A stretch of DNA of 64,000 nt from Tagaea sp. (GTDB taxonomy: Bacteria; Pseudomonadota; Alphaproteobacteria; CACIAM-22H2): NCBI GenBank assembly GCA_041917215.1, contig JAYRYC010000002.1, positions 337,334 to 401,333 on the forward strand. The letters run 5' to 3'. Below are positions 38,953-48,787 of this stretch, piece after piece (positions within the stretch are counted from its first letter, which is position 1; each line of letters begins with the position of its first letter). The notes under the pieces were generated by a model. The model made no database searches and was not told where the DNA came from. It saw only the letters and a program-made list of their open reading frames with translations. The translations under genes were made by a program, and so were the position numbers.

Positions 38953-38987
38953 CCCGCCGGTGCGAAAGCACCGGCGGGTTTCGTTTT
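38953..38987. terminator. bidirectional rho-independent terminator
   Basis: A-tract, 11-bp stem CCCGCCGGTGC-GAAA-GCACCGGCGGG, then TTTCGTTTT. Between convergent dctM and dctP. Confidence 0.6.
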
Positions 38988-39005
38988 GGGCCGAAGCCCC
39001 GAGGC

Positions 39006-40103
39006 TTAGCCGCGGCGCTGTTGCGTCGAGGCGAGGTTCGCGTTGACGAACGTGTCGTATGCGGCCTCGTTGATGCGGAACCACTGGAACTGGTCCGTGC
39101 GGAAGCGGCGCCAGCTTTCGTAGATCTTCTTGAACAGCGGGTTCTTCTCGGCCGTTTCGTCGTAGAGCTCGTTGGACGCCTTCAAGCAGGCGAGCATCGT
39201 CTCGTTCGTGAAGCGGCGCAGCTGCGTGCCGCCCGCGATCAAGCGGCGCAAAGCCGCCGGGTTCTGGGCGTCGTACTTGGCCTGCATGGCCACATGCGCT
39301 TCCCACGAAGCCGCCTGGAACGCCGCTTTGTTTTCCGACGACAGACCTTCCCAGGCCTTGTCGTTGACGATCGCGGAAACCTGCGGCCCGCCTTCCCACC
39401 AGCCCGGGTAGTAGTAGTAACGGGCGACCTTGTTGAAGCCGAGTTTCTCATCGTCGTAGGGGCCGACCCATTCGGCCGCGTCGATCGTGCCCTTTTCAAG
39501 CGCCGGATAGATGTCGCCGCCGGCGAGCTGCTGGGGCACCGTGCCGAGCTTGGTCAGCACCTGGCCCGCGAAGCCGCCGATGCGGAACTTCAGACCCTTC
39601 AGGTCTTCGGTCGTCTTGATTTCCTTGCGGAACCAGCCACCCATCTGCGTGCCGGTGTTGCCGGCCGGGAAGGCGAGCATGTTGTATTGGCGGAACAGTT
39701 CCGCCATCGCTTCGGCACCGCCGCCCGAATACATCCACGCGGTCTGCTGGCGCGAGTTGAGGCCGAACGGCACGGCCGCGTCGAACGCGAATGTCGGATC
39801 CTTGCCGACATAGTAGTAGTTGACCGTGTGGCCCGCTTCGATCGTGCCGGCCTGGACGGCGTCGAGCACTTGCAGACCCGGGACGATTTCGCCCGCCGCG
39901 AAGACGCGGATTTCGAACTTGCCGCCGGTGATGTCCTTCACGCGGTTGGCGATGATTTCGGCCGAGCCGTAGATCGTGTCGAGCGATTTCGGAAAGCTCG
40001 ACGCCAGACGCCAGCGCACCACGCCTTGCGCGATCGCCGGTGCGGCCAGCGGGGCGGCGGCGAGGCCCACACCGGCCCCGACCATAAATTTACGACGTTG
40101 CAT
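39006..40103 (-). CDS. dctP: TRAP substrate-binding protein DctP family (copy 1), Tat signal
   Basis: Start MQRRKFMVGAGVGLAAAPLAAPAIAQG (index 75 of ORF 39006..40328). DctP fold motifs. Confidence 0.85.
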   Translation of the reverse strand: MQRRKFMVGAGVGLAAAPLAAPAIAQGVVRWRLASSFPKSLDTIYGSAEIIANRVKDITGGKFEIRVFAAGEIVPGLQVLDAVQAGTIEAGHTVNYYYVGKDPTFAFDAAVPFGLNSRQQTAWMYSGGGAEAMAELFRQYNMLAFPAGNTGTQMGGWFRKEIKTTEDLKGLKFRIGGFAGQVLTKLGTVPQQLAGGDIYPALEKGTIDAAEWVGPYDDEKLGFNKVARYYYYPGWWEGGPQVSAIVNDKAWEGLSSENKAAFQAASWEAHVAMQAKYDAQNPAALRRLIAGGTQLRRFTNETMLACLKASNELYDETAEKNPLFKKIYESWRRFRTDQFQWFRINEAAYDTFVNANLASTQQRRG

Positions 40104-40344
40104 GAAACGAAGTTCTCCTTGGGGTTTCCCTAAGTTCCGATTGATCGCGCCGGAATTGCTGCCCGGACGCGTTGGCTGTTGGTGAGATCGAACCACGGCC
40201 AATCGGTCCCTTATGGGCCGGGCAGGACCAATCCTCAAGAGAAATGGGGTATGCTGGTGTGCGGAACGTTTATGCCTGCCATGCACGCCGTCGCGGTGCG
40301 CGCGCCGCGACGTGTAAGCTGCGCGCAAATGAAAGGAGCGCGCC

Positions 40345-40719
40345 GTGGGTTATCTGATCGTATTTTTGGGGGCGGGCATCGGCGGGGCGCTGCGCCACGG
40401 CGTCAACGTCCTGGCGGCGCGCCAGTTCGGCGCGGATTTTCCCTACGGCACCATGTTCGTGAATCTGGCCGGATCGCTGACGATGGGGCTGATCGTCGGT
40501 TACTTCGCGTTCAAGGGCGATGGCGGCCAAGATGCGCGGCTGTTCCTGACCACGGGCATCCTCGGCGGGTTCACGACATTCTCCGCGTTCTCGCTCGACG
40601 TCGTCATGCTCGTCGAGCGCGGCGACATCGCGAACGCGGCGCTCTATGGCGGGATCTCGGTCGCGGGCTCGGTGCTGGCGTTGTTCGCCGGGCTTTGGCT
40701 CACGCGGATGGTCTTCTAA
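40345..40719 (+). CDS. crcB: fluoride ion channel CrcB/Fluc
   Basis: 124 aa, 4 TM helices. GxxRH and TGxLGGFTTFSAF motifs. Confidence 0.85.
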   Translation: MGYLIVFLGAGIGGALRHGVNVLAARQFGADFPYGTMFVNLAGSLTMGLIVGYFAFKGDGGQDARLFLTTGILGGFTTFSAFSLDVVMLVERGDIANAALYGGISVAGSVLALFAGLWLTRMVF

Positions 40720-40734
40720 ACCGGCAACGAAAAA

Positions 40735-40759
40735 CCCGCCGGCTTGCGCCGGCGGGTTT
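40735..40759. terminator. bidirectional rho-independent terminator (paralog of 38953)
   Basis: AAAAA-CCCGCCGGC-TTGC-GCCGGCGGG-TTTC. Confidence 0.55.
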
Positions 40760-40786
40760 CGTCGCGTTCGGCCAGAGGCGCGGGGA

Positions 40787-41884
40787 TTAGCCGCGGCGCT
40801 GCTGGTTCGACGACAAGTTCTGATAGACGAACTGGTCGTAGGCCGCTTCGTTCACGCGGAACCACTGGAACTGGTCCGTGCGGAAACGGCGCCAGCCTTC
40901 GTAGATCTTCTTGAACAGCGGGTTCTTTTCCGACGTTTCGTCGTACAGCTCGTTCGCCGCCTTCAAGCAGGCGAGCATCGTGTCGCGGCTGAAGGAGCGC
41001 AGCTGCGTGCCGCCCGCGATCAAGCGGCGCAGGGCCGCCGGGTTCTGGGCGTCGTACTTGGCCTGCATGGCCACATGCGCTTCCCAAGCCGCCGATTGGA
41101 AGATCGACTTGTTCTCGGCCGAAAGGCCTTCCCAAGCCTTGTCGTTGACGAGCGAGGAGAGCTGCGGCCCGCCTTCCCACCAGCCCGGGTAGTAGTAGTA
41201 GCGGGCGACCTTGTTGAAGCCGAGCTTCTCGTCGTCGTACGGACCGACCCATTCGGCCGCGTCGATCGTGCCTTTTTCCAGCGCCGGGTAGATATCGCCC
41301 GCGGCGAGCTGCTGCGGCACGAGGCCGAGCTTGGTCATCACCTGGCCGGCGAAACCGCCGATGCGCATCTTGACGCCCTTCAGGTCGTCCGGCGTCTTGA
41401 TTTCCTTGCGGAACCAGCCGCCCATCTGGGCGCCCGTGTTGCCGGTCGGGAAGGCGACGCAGCTATAGTTCTTGAACAGCTCGGCGACCGCGGCGGCACC
41501 GCCGCCCGCGTACATCCACGCGGTCTGCTGGCGCGAGTTGAGGCCGAACGGAATGGCCGTGTCGAACGCGAAGGTCGGATCCTTGCCGATGTAATAGTAG
41601 TTCGCGGTGTGGCCGCATTCGACCGTGCCGGCCTGCACGGCGTCGAGCACCTGCAGGCCCGGAACGATTTCGCCCGCCGCGAAGACGCGGATTTCGAAGC
41701 GGCCGCCCGAGCTTTCCTTGACGCGGTTGGCGAGAATTTCCGCCGCACCGTAGATCGTGTCGAGCGATTTCGGGAAGCTCGACGCCATGCGCCAGCGAAC
41801 GACGCCTTGCGCGATCGCGGGGGCGGCCAACGGCGCTGCGGCGAGGCCGACGCCGGCCCCGGTCAAAAATTTACGACGCTGCAT
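40787..41884 (-). CDS. dctP: TRAP substrate-binding protein DctP family (copy 2), Tat signal
   Basis: 365 aa, roughly 85% identical to copy 1 over its length, including an identical signal peptide. Confidence 0.85.
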   Translation of the reverse strand: MQRRKFLTGAGVGLAAAPLAAPAIAQGVVRWRMASSFPKSLDTIYGAAEILANRVKESSGGRFEIRVFAAGEIVPGLQVLDAVQAGTVECGHTANYYYIGKDPTFAFDTAIPFGLNSRQQTAWMYAGGGAAAVAELFKNYSCVAFPTGNTGAQMGGWFRKEIKTPDDLKGVKMRIGGFAGQVMTKLGLVPQQLAAGDIYPALEKGTIDAAEWVGPYDDEKLGFNKVARYYYYPGWWEGGPQLSSLVNDKAWEGLSAENKSIFQSAAWEAHVAMQAKYDAQNPAALRRLIAGGTQLRSFSRDTMLACLKAANELYDETSEKNPLFKKIYEGWRRFRTDQFQWFRVNEAAYDQFVYQNLSSNQQRRG

Positions 41885-42049
41885 TGCAGGAGTCTCCTTG
41901 GGGTTCCCTGTTTCGTTTTCCGCGCCGGCGTTGTTTTTCCGGTCGCGTTGGTCACAGCATTTCCGCCGTCGACCGATACCCCGTTATGGCCTTGGGACCG
42001 TCGAATATCAAGCGAAGTTAGGTAATTCCGGACGCCGGAACGCCCGTTT

Positions 42050-42805
42050 TCAGACGGGTTCGGCCGGGTTTTGGACGATCCGGCCTTGGGTATCGAGCGC
42101 GCGCCAACCCTCGCGGGTCAAGGCTTCGAGCGGCTGAAAGCGCACCTTGTAGGCCATTTTATCGCTCTCGCCGATCCAATAGCCCAGATAGACATGGGGA
42201 AGGCCTTCGGCGCGCGCGGTGTCGATCAGCGCCAGCACGACATGCGATCCCAACGAGCGCTTGGGCGTCTCGGGCTCGTAGAACGAATAGACGGCCGAGA
42301 ATCCGCTCGCCATCCGGTCGACCAGGCACCCGGCCATCAAATTGCCGTGCCGATCGCGGAATTCGATGACATGCGACGACGCCGCACCGACCTCGATCAT
42401 CGTCCGGTAATCCTCGAAATCCATCCGCGCCATTTCGCCGTCGCGATGGCGGCCGACCTGGTAGCGCGAGAACAGCGCGTATTGCTCGGCCGTGGCGATC
42501 GCCGGGCGCATCTGCGCGGTGAGGTCCGCGTTCGCGGCCAGCACGCGGCGCCATTGGCGCGTCATCTCGAAGCGATCGACCGGGATGCGCACCGCGACGC
42601 ACGCATTGCAGCCGGGGCAGGCGGGCCGATAGGCGAAGCCCAAGGACCGGCGGAACCCGGCTTCCGACAATAGATCGTAGGACAGCACGGCCTGCGGGCC
42701 GGTCAGGTCGACGAAAATACGCCGCTCCATCTTGCCCTCGAGATACGGGCAGGGCGAGGGCATCGAATAATAGAAGCGCGCGGACGAACTGCCCGAGACG
42801 GTCAT
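42050..42805 (-). CDS. bpt: aspartate/glutamate leucyltransferase Bpt (arginyl-tRNA-protein transferase family)
   Basis: 251 aa. N-terminal CPYLEG and C-terminal ATE_C-like region. Confidence 0.75.
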   Translation of the reverse strand: MTVSGSSSARFYYSMPSPCPYLEGKMERRIFVDLTGPQAVLSYDLLSEAGFRRSLGFAYRPACPGCNACVAVRIPVDRFEMTRQWRRVLAANADLTAQMRPAIATAEQYALFSRYQVGRHRDGEMARMDFEDYRTMIEVGAASSHVIEFRDRHGNLMAGCLVDRMASGFSAVYSFYEPETPKRSLGSHVVLALIDTARAEGLPHVYLGYWIGESDKMAYKVRFQPLEALTREGWRALDTQGRIVQNPAEPV

Positions 42806-43302
42806 GCGCCGCCCCCGTTGCGTCGGCGGACCGTCAGGCCGGTCAGCACGTCATGCAGCAGGCGCTTGCGCGGGTTGAAGAAGCTCCACACCAGCACGAG
42901 GCCCCAGGTGAAGGCGACGGTGAGGTAGAACAAAATCCAATGCGCGCCGGCCTGGATGAAATTCGCCGCGTGCCCGTCGAGCGTTTCGACTTTGATGCCG
43001 GCGAAGCGATGGCCGAACGTGCCGCGCTTGTCGCCCGACACGAGGAACGCGTGATAGAGCAGCGGCACGAGTGCCAGCAGCAGCGCCATCGGGCCCGCCA
43101 GCAAGCCGAAGCTCAACACGCCCAGCAGTGTCGCGGGGATCGCCAGCACGGCGCCGATCAAAATGACGATCGCCGCATCGACGAGATGCGCGACGATACG
43201 CCGCCGCCGCAGCCCCGCGATCTCGGCGGGGTCGGGCGGCAGGATGGTCGCGGCCATCACGATGGTGCTGTCGTCGTTCAATTTCGCGTTTCCTGCCGAC
43301 AA
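42802..43302 (-). CDS. RDD-family membrane protein
   Basis: 166 aa, 3 TM helices. 4-nt overlap with bpt. Confidence 0.5.
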   Translation of the reverse strand: MSAGNAKLNDDSTIVMAATILPPDPAEIAGLRRRRIVAHLVDAAIVILIGAVLAIPATLLGVLSFGLLAGPMALLLALVPLLYHAFLVSGDKRGTFGHRFAGIKVETLDGHAANFIQAGAHWILFYLTVAFTWGLVLVWSFFNPRKRLLHDVLTGLTVRRRNGGGA

Positions 43303-43343
43303 GCGTAGGCGACACGCCGCTTAGGGGCAAGACGCGTGCGCGC

Positions 43344-44405
43344 TTAATTCGTCAGCGGCACGTCGCGCAGCAGAACGATCGAGATGCGCCGGTTGCGCGG
43401 ATCGGACGGATTGTCGGCGATGAAGGGCTCGGTATCCGCGCGGCCGATCACGCGCGCGATGCGCGCGGGCTGCATGCCGCTTTCCAGCAGCGTGCGGCGC
43501 GCGGCGTTGGCGCGGTCGGCCGACAATTCCCAGTTCGTGTATTGGGCGCCGCGCGGGAAGGGCGTGCTGTCGGTGTGGCCGGTGATGGCGATCGGGTTGG
43601 GCAGGTTCTGCACGATGCGCGCGACGGTTTGCAGCAGGCGGCGCGTGCCGTCGGCGGGCGTGGCGGAGCCCGAGGCGAACATCGCGTTGCGTTCCTGATC
43701 GATCAGCTGGATGCGCAAACCTTCGGGCGTGCGATCGACGATCAGGTTTTGCTGCAACGGCTTCAGTTCGGGCACTTCCTGGATCGCCTGGCGGATATCC
43801 GCTTCGGCGCGCGCGAAGGATTGTTCCTCGCGCCGCGCCATTTCGCGCTGCATCTGCTCGTTGAGCGCGCCCATGCCTTCGTTCTGCTGGCCTTGCGGGC
43901 GCGCGCCCGTGAACAACTGGCCCGACGCGGCCGTTCCCGCACTTTGATTGCCCGACGGCGCCTGACCCGACGGACCCGGCCCGATGCCCGACGCGCCGCG
44001 CGCATTGGGCTGCGGGTTGGGCGTGTCTTCGTTGGCGGCGTTGCGCGTCTGCTCGAATTCGGGGCCTTCGGTGTCGGCTTCTTCGCCGGTGGGGGCGAGC
44101 GGCACGCCGACGACGATGCCGCCGGTCATCTTGGGAAGATCGCCGGGGCCGAGCGTCACGCCGCCCAACACGCCGCCGGCACCCGAGGTCGAGCGCGACA
44201 CGGCGTCGAAGGCGGTGAAATATTGCGCGATACCTTGGCGCTTTTCCTGGTCGGTGGAGTTGAGCAGCCACATCAACAGGAAGAACGCCATCATCGCGGT
44301 CACGAAGTCGGCATAGGCGACCTTCCAGCCGCCGCCATGGGCGCCGTCATGGCCCTTCTTGCCGCGCTTGATGATGATGACTGGGTGGTTTGAGTCGTCC
44401 GCCAT
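43344..44405 (-). CDS. motB: flagellar motor protein MotB (OmpA-like C-terminus), long Gly/Pro/Gln linker
   Basis: N-terminal WKVAYADFVTAMMAFFLLMWLL (plug/TM). C-terminal OmpA-like NRRISIVLL. No adjacent motA. Confidence 0.8.
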   Translation of the reverse strand: MADDSNHPVIIIKRGKKGHDGAHGGGWKVAYADFVTAMMAFFLLMWLLNSTDQEKRQGIAQYFTAFDAVSRSTSGAGGVLGGVTLGPGDLPKMTGGIVVGVPLAPTGEEADTEGPEFEQTRNAANEDTPNPQPNARGASGIGPGPSGQAPSGNQSAGTAASGQLFTGARPQGQQNEGMGALNEQMQREMARREEQSFARAEADIRQAIQEVPELKPLQQNLIVDRTPEGLRIQLIDQERNAMFASGSATPADGTRRLLQTVARIVQNLPNPIAITGHTDSTPFPRGAQYTNWELSADRANAARRTLLESGMQPARIARVIGRADTEPFIADNPSDPRNRRISIVLLRDVPLTN

Positions 44406-44547
44406 CGTCGTTCCTGGGTATGACGCAGGCTCAATATGCGTCGCCGCACCGCACGCTTCAATCCGCGCCCGGCTCGGTAAAATTCGTCTTAAATACTAAA
44501 TCAGGATCGTTAACGCGGGGTGAAAAACCGGCCAACGCATTGATTTT

Positions 44548-46908
44548 TCAAGGCGGCGTCAGGCGCAAGACATCCGCGTCTGACCCGAGTTCGGCCCGAT
44601 TCCGCGCCAAACGCAAATGCCGGCCGCTTGCCCAGATCGGGGCGAGATCGGCCCAATGCGCCGACAACGGATGGCCCGACTGGCCGGGGGCGACGACGAA
44701 CAGCGACGCATCCAGATCGGCAAGATCGTAGACCGCGCGATAGCCCGCGCCATGAATATGGGCGAAGGGCCGGTCCGGATCGCGCGCCGAATTCGCCCCG
44801 CGATTGACGGTGAAGTAATCGCCGTCGGTCGGGATATCGACCGACAGAAACCAGCCGATCAGCGGCAGGCGCGACAGCACGGGATTGTCGAACGGCGCCA
44901 TATGCTCGCGGCCCCAGCGCCATTGGTCGAGCGAACGGCCGTGCCGCGTTTCGATCCATTCGATCGCGGCGACGAGGGAGTCCGATACGAGCTTGGAACA
45001 ATCGCCCGAGCAATAGGGCGAGATGCGGTTCAACGCGTCGAGCACCATTTTGGGCCGTTCGCGCCCGAAATCGGCAGCGAGATCGCCCAGCGCGTTCTGC
45101 GTCAAACGCCGTGTCATCTCGCGGACCCAAACGTTGAAGATCAAGCCTTCGGGCTTGTCGGCGCGCACCGACGCGTCCCAGGCGCGCAAGCGTTCCATCG
45201 CCCCATGCGCACGCGGTTCGACGGGGCTGAGCCACGACGCCGCCGCGATCGCATCCCGCGCGAAGACCGACACCGCGTCGGCCAGCATCGCCTCGTGATA
45301 GGCGGGCGTTTGCGCGGTCTTCATATCGAGCATTTCGACGATGCGCCGTTGCCGGAACGGCGCGTCGAAGCCGCGCCCCAGATAGAACGGCCATTCGGGA
45401 CCGACGACGCGGTCGTTGCCGTTGGACAAACGCGCATTCGCCGGATCGACGCGCGCGGGCATCCGGTCGAACGGCACGAAGCCGTTCCAGCCCGAAGCGC
45501 CGGTCCAGCCGCGCTTTGGCAACGGTGAGTCGCCGCCGTTGCGCAGCGGGATGGCACCGACCACGCGCATTCCGATGGCGCCGTCGCGATCGGCGACCGA
45601 CATGTTCTGTACGGGGCCGAGCCATTGGCGCGTCGCGTCGAAAGCTTCGGCGACATTGTTCGCGCGGTTCAAGCGCACGATCGCGTCGGCGGTCGTATCC
45701 GGTGCCGCGATCACCGGCAGCATCAGCGCCAGCAATTCGCCGTTGGGCGCGGCGGACGCGGCACCGGCGTCGAAATCGGAAATCACGATTCCGTTGCGCG
45801 TGCGGCGCATCGTCAGCGTGACGGGGGCGGCCCCGCGCGCTTGGAACACTTCCTCGCGCAGCTCGAAGGCGCGCGGGCCCTCCGGCGTCAAATACATCGC
45901 CGGGTTCGACGGATCGACGCGCTCGATGGTGAGGTCGGCCGTGTCGGCGTTGGTGGTGGTGAAGCCCCAGGCGATGCGCCCGTTATGGCCCAGCACCAAA
46001 GCGGGGGCACCCGGTGCGGTGGCGCCGGCATAGACGATGTCGGTCCCCGTCACCGCGAGCCGTGCGAGATACCATTGCCCCGGCGCGCCCAAACCCAAAT
46101 GCGGATCGCTCGCCAGGATCGGCTTGCCCGACGCGGTTTTGGCACCACCGGCGACCCAGGTGTTCGACGCTTGATCGGGACCGGCGGGGCGGGGCAAGGC
46201 CTTGGCGATCGCGTTCGCCCAAGTCGCAAGCGCGGGTTCGGCTTTCGCGACGATCGCGGCGTCGCCCGTTCCCCATTGCGGCCACAACGCGGCTTCCAGC
46301 TCGGCGGTGTAGCGGTCGCCCAGACGCAGGCGGAACAATTCGTCGCGCCAATCGCCGGTCAACTGCATCGCCATCAACTGGCCCCACAACAGCGTCTGCC
46401 AGGATTCCCAGCGCTCGGGCTTGTGGCCGGTCGCCAGGAACTCGGGCGGCGGCGCGCCATCGCGCGATGCCAGCGCCGCGTTCACGCCCGCCGCATACGC
46501 ATCCGCGCGCATGCGCAACTCGGGGCTCGCGGCGATATAGGCGTCGCGCGCGACGCGCGACAGGCCCAGGGCGCGATAGAAGCGATCGAGCGGCAAGGCG
46601 CGCGGGCCGACGATCTCGGCGACACGGCCTTGGCCGAGCAAGCGCACGAGTTCGAGCTGCACGCCGCGATCCTGGGCATGCAGGAAACCCAGCGCCAGCC
46701 ACAGATCGCGTTCGTTCTGCGCCCAGACATGCGGCACGCCGAATTCATCGCGGGCGATCTCGATCTCGCCCTCCAGCCCGGCGATGCGGATTTCGCCGCG
46801 CGTATCGGCAAGGCCCGTGCGCAGATAAAGCAGGGCCGCACCGCCGACGATGCCGGTCAAAATTCCGAGTGCGAGAACGCCCGCACCGATCCATTTCAAA
46901 GCTCGCAT
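44548..46908 (-). CDS. penicillin amidase (Ntn-hydrolase S45) family acylase, possible AHL acylase
   Basis: 786 aa, signal peptide. Family-typical segments throughout. Confidence 0.8.
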   Translation of the reverse strand: MRALKWIGAGVLALGILTGIVGGAALLYLRTGLADTRGEIRIAGLEGEIEIARDEFGVPHVWAQNERDLWLALGFLHAQDRGVQLELVRLLGQGRVAEIVGPRALPLDRFYRALGLSRVARDAYIAASPELRMRADAYAAGVNAALASRDGAPPPEFLATGHKPERWESWQTLLWGQLMAMQLTGDWRDELFRLRLGDRYTAELEAALWPQWGTGDAAIVAKAEPALATWANAIAKALPRPAGPDQASNTWVAGGAKTASGKPILASDPHLGLGAPGQWYLARLAVTGTDIVYAGATAPGAPALVLGHNGRIAWGFTTTNADTADLTIERVDPSNPAMYLTPEGPRAFELREEVFQARGAAPVTLTMRRTRNGIVISDFDAGAASAAPNGELLALMLPVIAAPDTTADAIVRLNRANNVAEAFDATRQWLGPVQNMSVADRDGAIGMRVVGAIPLRNGGDSPLPKRGWTGASGWNGFVPFDRMPARVDPANARLSNGNDRVVGPEWPFYLGRGFDAPFRQRRIVEMLDMKTAQTPAYHEAMLADAVSVFARDAIAAASWLSPVEPRAHGAMERLRAWDASVRADKPEGLIFNVWVREMTRRLTQNALGDLAADFGRERPKMVLDALNRISPYCSGDCSKLVSDSLVAAIEWIETRHGRSLDQWRWGREHMAPFDNPVLSRLPLIGWFLSVDIPTDGDYFTVNRGANSARDPDRPFAHIHGAGYRAVYDLADLDASLFVVAPGQSGHPLSAHWADLAPIWASGRHLRLARNRAELGSDADVLRLTPP

Positions 46909-46953
46909 GGGCTTGTTTTATCGGATTGCGCGTGCCGCGCAACCCGAGCCGCA

Positions 46954-47832
46954 TCAGGGATTTTTACGGCCGATCAGGCGGGGCAGCGCTTCGTTCGCGA
47001 CAAGGCACGACAGCACGATGGCGGCGCCGATCATCGCGCGGGCACTGGGCGTTTCGCCGAAGGCGAGCCACACCCACAACGGGGCGAGCACGATTTCCAG
47101 AATCGCGATCAGGCCGATATCCGCCGCGCGCACCTCGCGCGACGCGATGGTCATCAGCAAACAGCCGCAGCCGAGCTGCACGGCCCCCATCGCCATCAAT
47201 ATGGCGATGTCGCGCATCGACGTTGCGTCGGCGAAGATGAAGGGCAGCATCGTCGCGACCGACATGATGCCCGCCAGGAACACGCTGGGGGCGGGGTCGA
47301 TACCGGCTTTTAATTTCCGCAGCATCAGGATCTGGAAGGCGAAGGAAATCGACACGCCCAACGCCGCCAGCGGCCCGATGATTGAGCCGAATTCCAGCGC
47401 GTCCCACACCATGATCGCGACACCGGTCGAGCAGAACGCCATCGCGATCCAGGTGCGTGTGGCGATGCCTTCGCCCAGAAACACGCGCGCGACGATGGCG
47501 GCCCAGAAGGGCGACGTGCTCATCAGGAACAATGCCGTCGCGACCGTGGTGTTGGCGACCGAAATCAGGAAGAACAGGAATTGCAGCGACAGCATGAAGG
47601 CGGCGGCGGCCCCGCCGATCCCCAGCGCTTTGATCGACGCTGTGGCGTCGCGCCCGTAGCGCCACACGAGATAAGCGCCGACCAAAGCGAGCATGCCCAT
47701 CGAGCGCCAGAACACCATCGATGGCGCGCCCGTGCCATCGAGCATCCGGACGAACAGCCCCGACGTGCTCCAGAACAGCGTGGCGCAGAGCATCAGCGCG
47801 ATTCCGCGCGCGGTGGTGTTCGCCGTGCTCAT
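46954..47832 (-). CDS. DMT/EamA-family transporter
   Basis: C-terminal 292 aa of ORF 46954..48915 from MSTANTTARGIALM. 10 TM helices. Confidence 0.7.
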   Translation of the reverse strand: MSTANTTARGIALMLCATLFWSTSGLFVRMLDGTGAPSMVFWRSMGMLALVGAYLVWRYGRDATASIKALGIGGAAAAFMLSLQFLFFLISVANTTVATALFLMSTSPFWAAIVARVFLGEGIATRTWIAMAFCSTGVAIMVWDALEFGSIIGPLAALGVSISFAFQILMLRKLKAGIDPAPSVFLAGIMSVATMLPFIFADATSMRDIAILMAMGAVQLGCGCLLMTIASREVRAADIGLIAILEIVLAPLWVWLAFGETPSARAMIGAAIVLSCLVANEALPRLIGRKNP

Positions 47833-48698
47833 TTCGCCCCGCTGCGGGCGGTGACTATCGCGTTGCCCGCCAACGCGGCGAGCAGGATCGTGCCGCCGAC
47901 GATCGTGCCGAGCGACGGCGTTTCGCCCACGCCGATCCAGGTCCAGACGGGCCCGAGCACGGGTTCCAGCAGCGCGATCAGCACGACTTGCACGACCGGC
48001 AAGCGGCGGATCGCGGCGTAGAAGAACGTCAGGCCCAGCGACATCTGCACGAAGCCGAGGATGAACAACGCGATCGCCGATTGCGCGGGCACGGCGAAAG
48101 GATTGCCGATCGCCCACGCCATCGCGACGGCGGCGATGGCCGCGAGCGTGGTGCCGGGGCGCAGATCCAGCGCGCGCTGGCCGCGGATCAGCGTCACGTT
48201 GATCGCCGAGAACAGCGCAACCGATAAAGCGGCGAGCTTGCCGAGCAACGCCCCTTCGGCGAGCGACGCCCCCATGACGAGGCCCAAGCCGCCCATCGCG
48301 ATGGCGATGGCGGCCCAGCTCGCGGCGGGCACTTTCTCCTTCAGGAAGAACAGCGCCAGGAACGCGACCATGATCGGCGACGTCGATTGCAGCAGCAGCG
48401 CGTTCGCCACGGTCGTCGACGTCATGCCGATGACATGCATGGTCAGCGTCACGCACACGCACCCGGCCGAGATCAGCACGAGGCGCGTATGGTCGCGGAA
48501 AATGGTCAGGCCCCAATTGCCGGTCATCGCGCGCAGCATCAGGGGAAAGAACAGCGCGTGCGACAAGGCGCGCCAGAACACGATGTCCCACGGGCCGGCT
48601 TCGACCATACGCATCACCACGCCGCCCACGCTCCAGCACAAAGGTGCGGCGATGGCGAACAGGTATCCCTGGGTGCGTTGCGAAAGCGCGGAAAACAA
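47829..48698 (-). CDS. DMT/EamA-family transporter (tandem paralog)
   Basis: 289 aa. ATGA overlap with the downstream DMT gene. Confidence 0.7.
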   Translation of the reverse strand: MFSALSQRTQGYLFAIAAPLCWSVGGVVMRMVEAGPWDIVFWRALSHALFFPLMLRAMTGNWGLTIFRDHTRLVLISAGCVCVTLTMHVIGMTSTTVANALLLQSTSPIMVAFLALFFLKEKVPAASWAAIAIAMGGLGLVMGASLAEGALLGKLAALSVALFSAINVTLIRGQRALDLRPGTTLAAIAAVAMAWAIGNPFAVPAQSAIALFILGFVQMSLGLTFFYAAIRRLPVVQVVLIALLEPVLGPVWTWIGVGETPSLGTIVGGTILLAALAGNAIVTARSGAK

Positions 48699-48787
48699 GA
48701 TTTTTTGGGGCGTTCGAGAGGGCCGCCGCCTTGTAGGCGGCGCGGCATGAGTTGTCCATAGGCGGGGCGTCGCGGTACAAATCGTCC

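Noticed and set aside
40104-40344. Possible fluoride riboswitch upstream of crcB
   Set aside because: Only a weak CAUAAACG-like match and on the wrong strand. No convincing P1/pseudoknot core. A covariance search would settle it.
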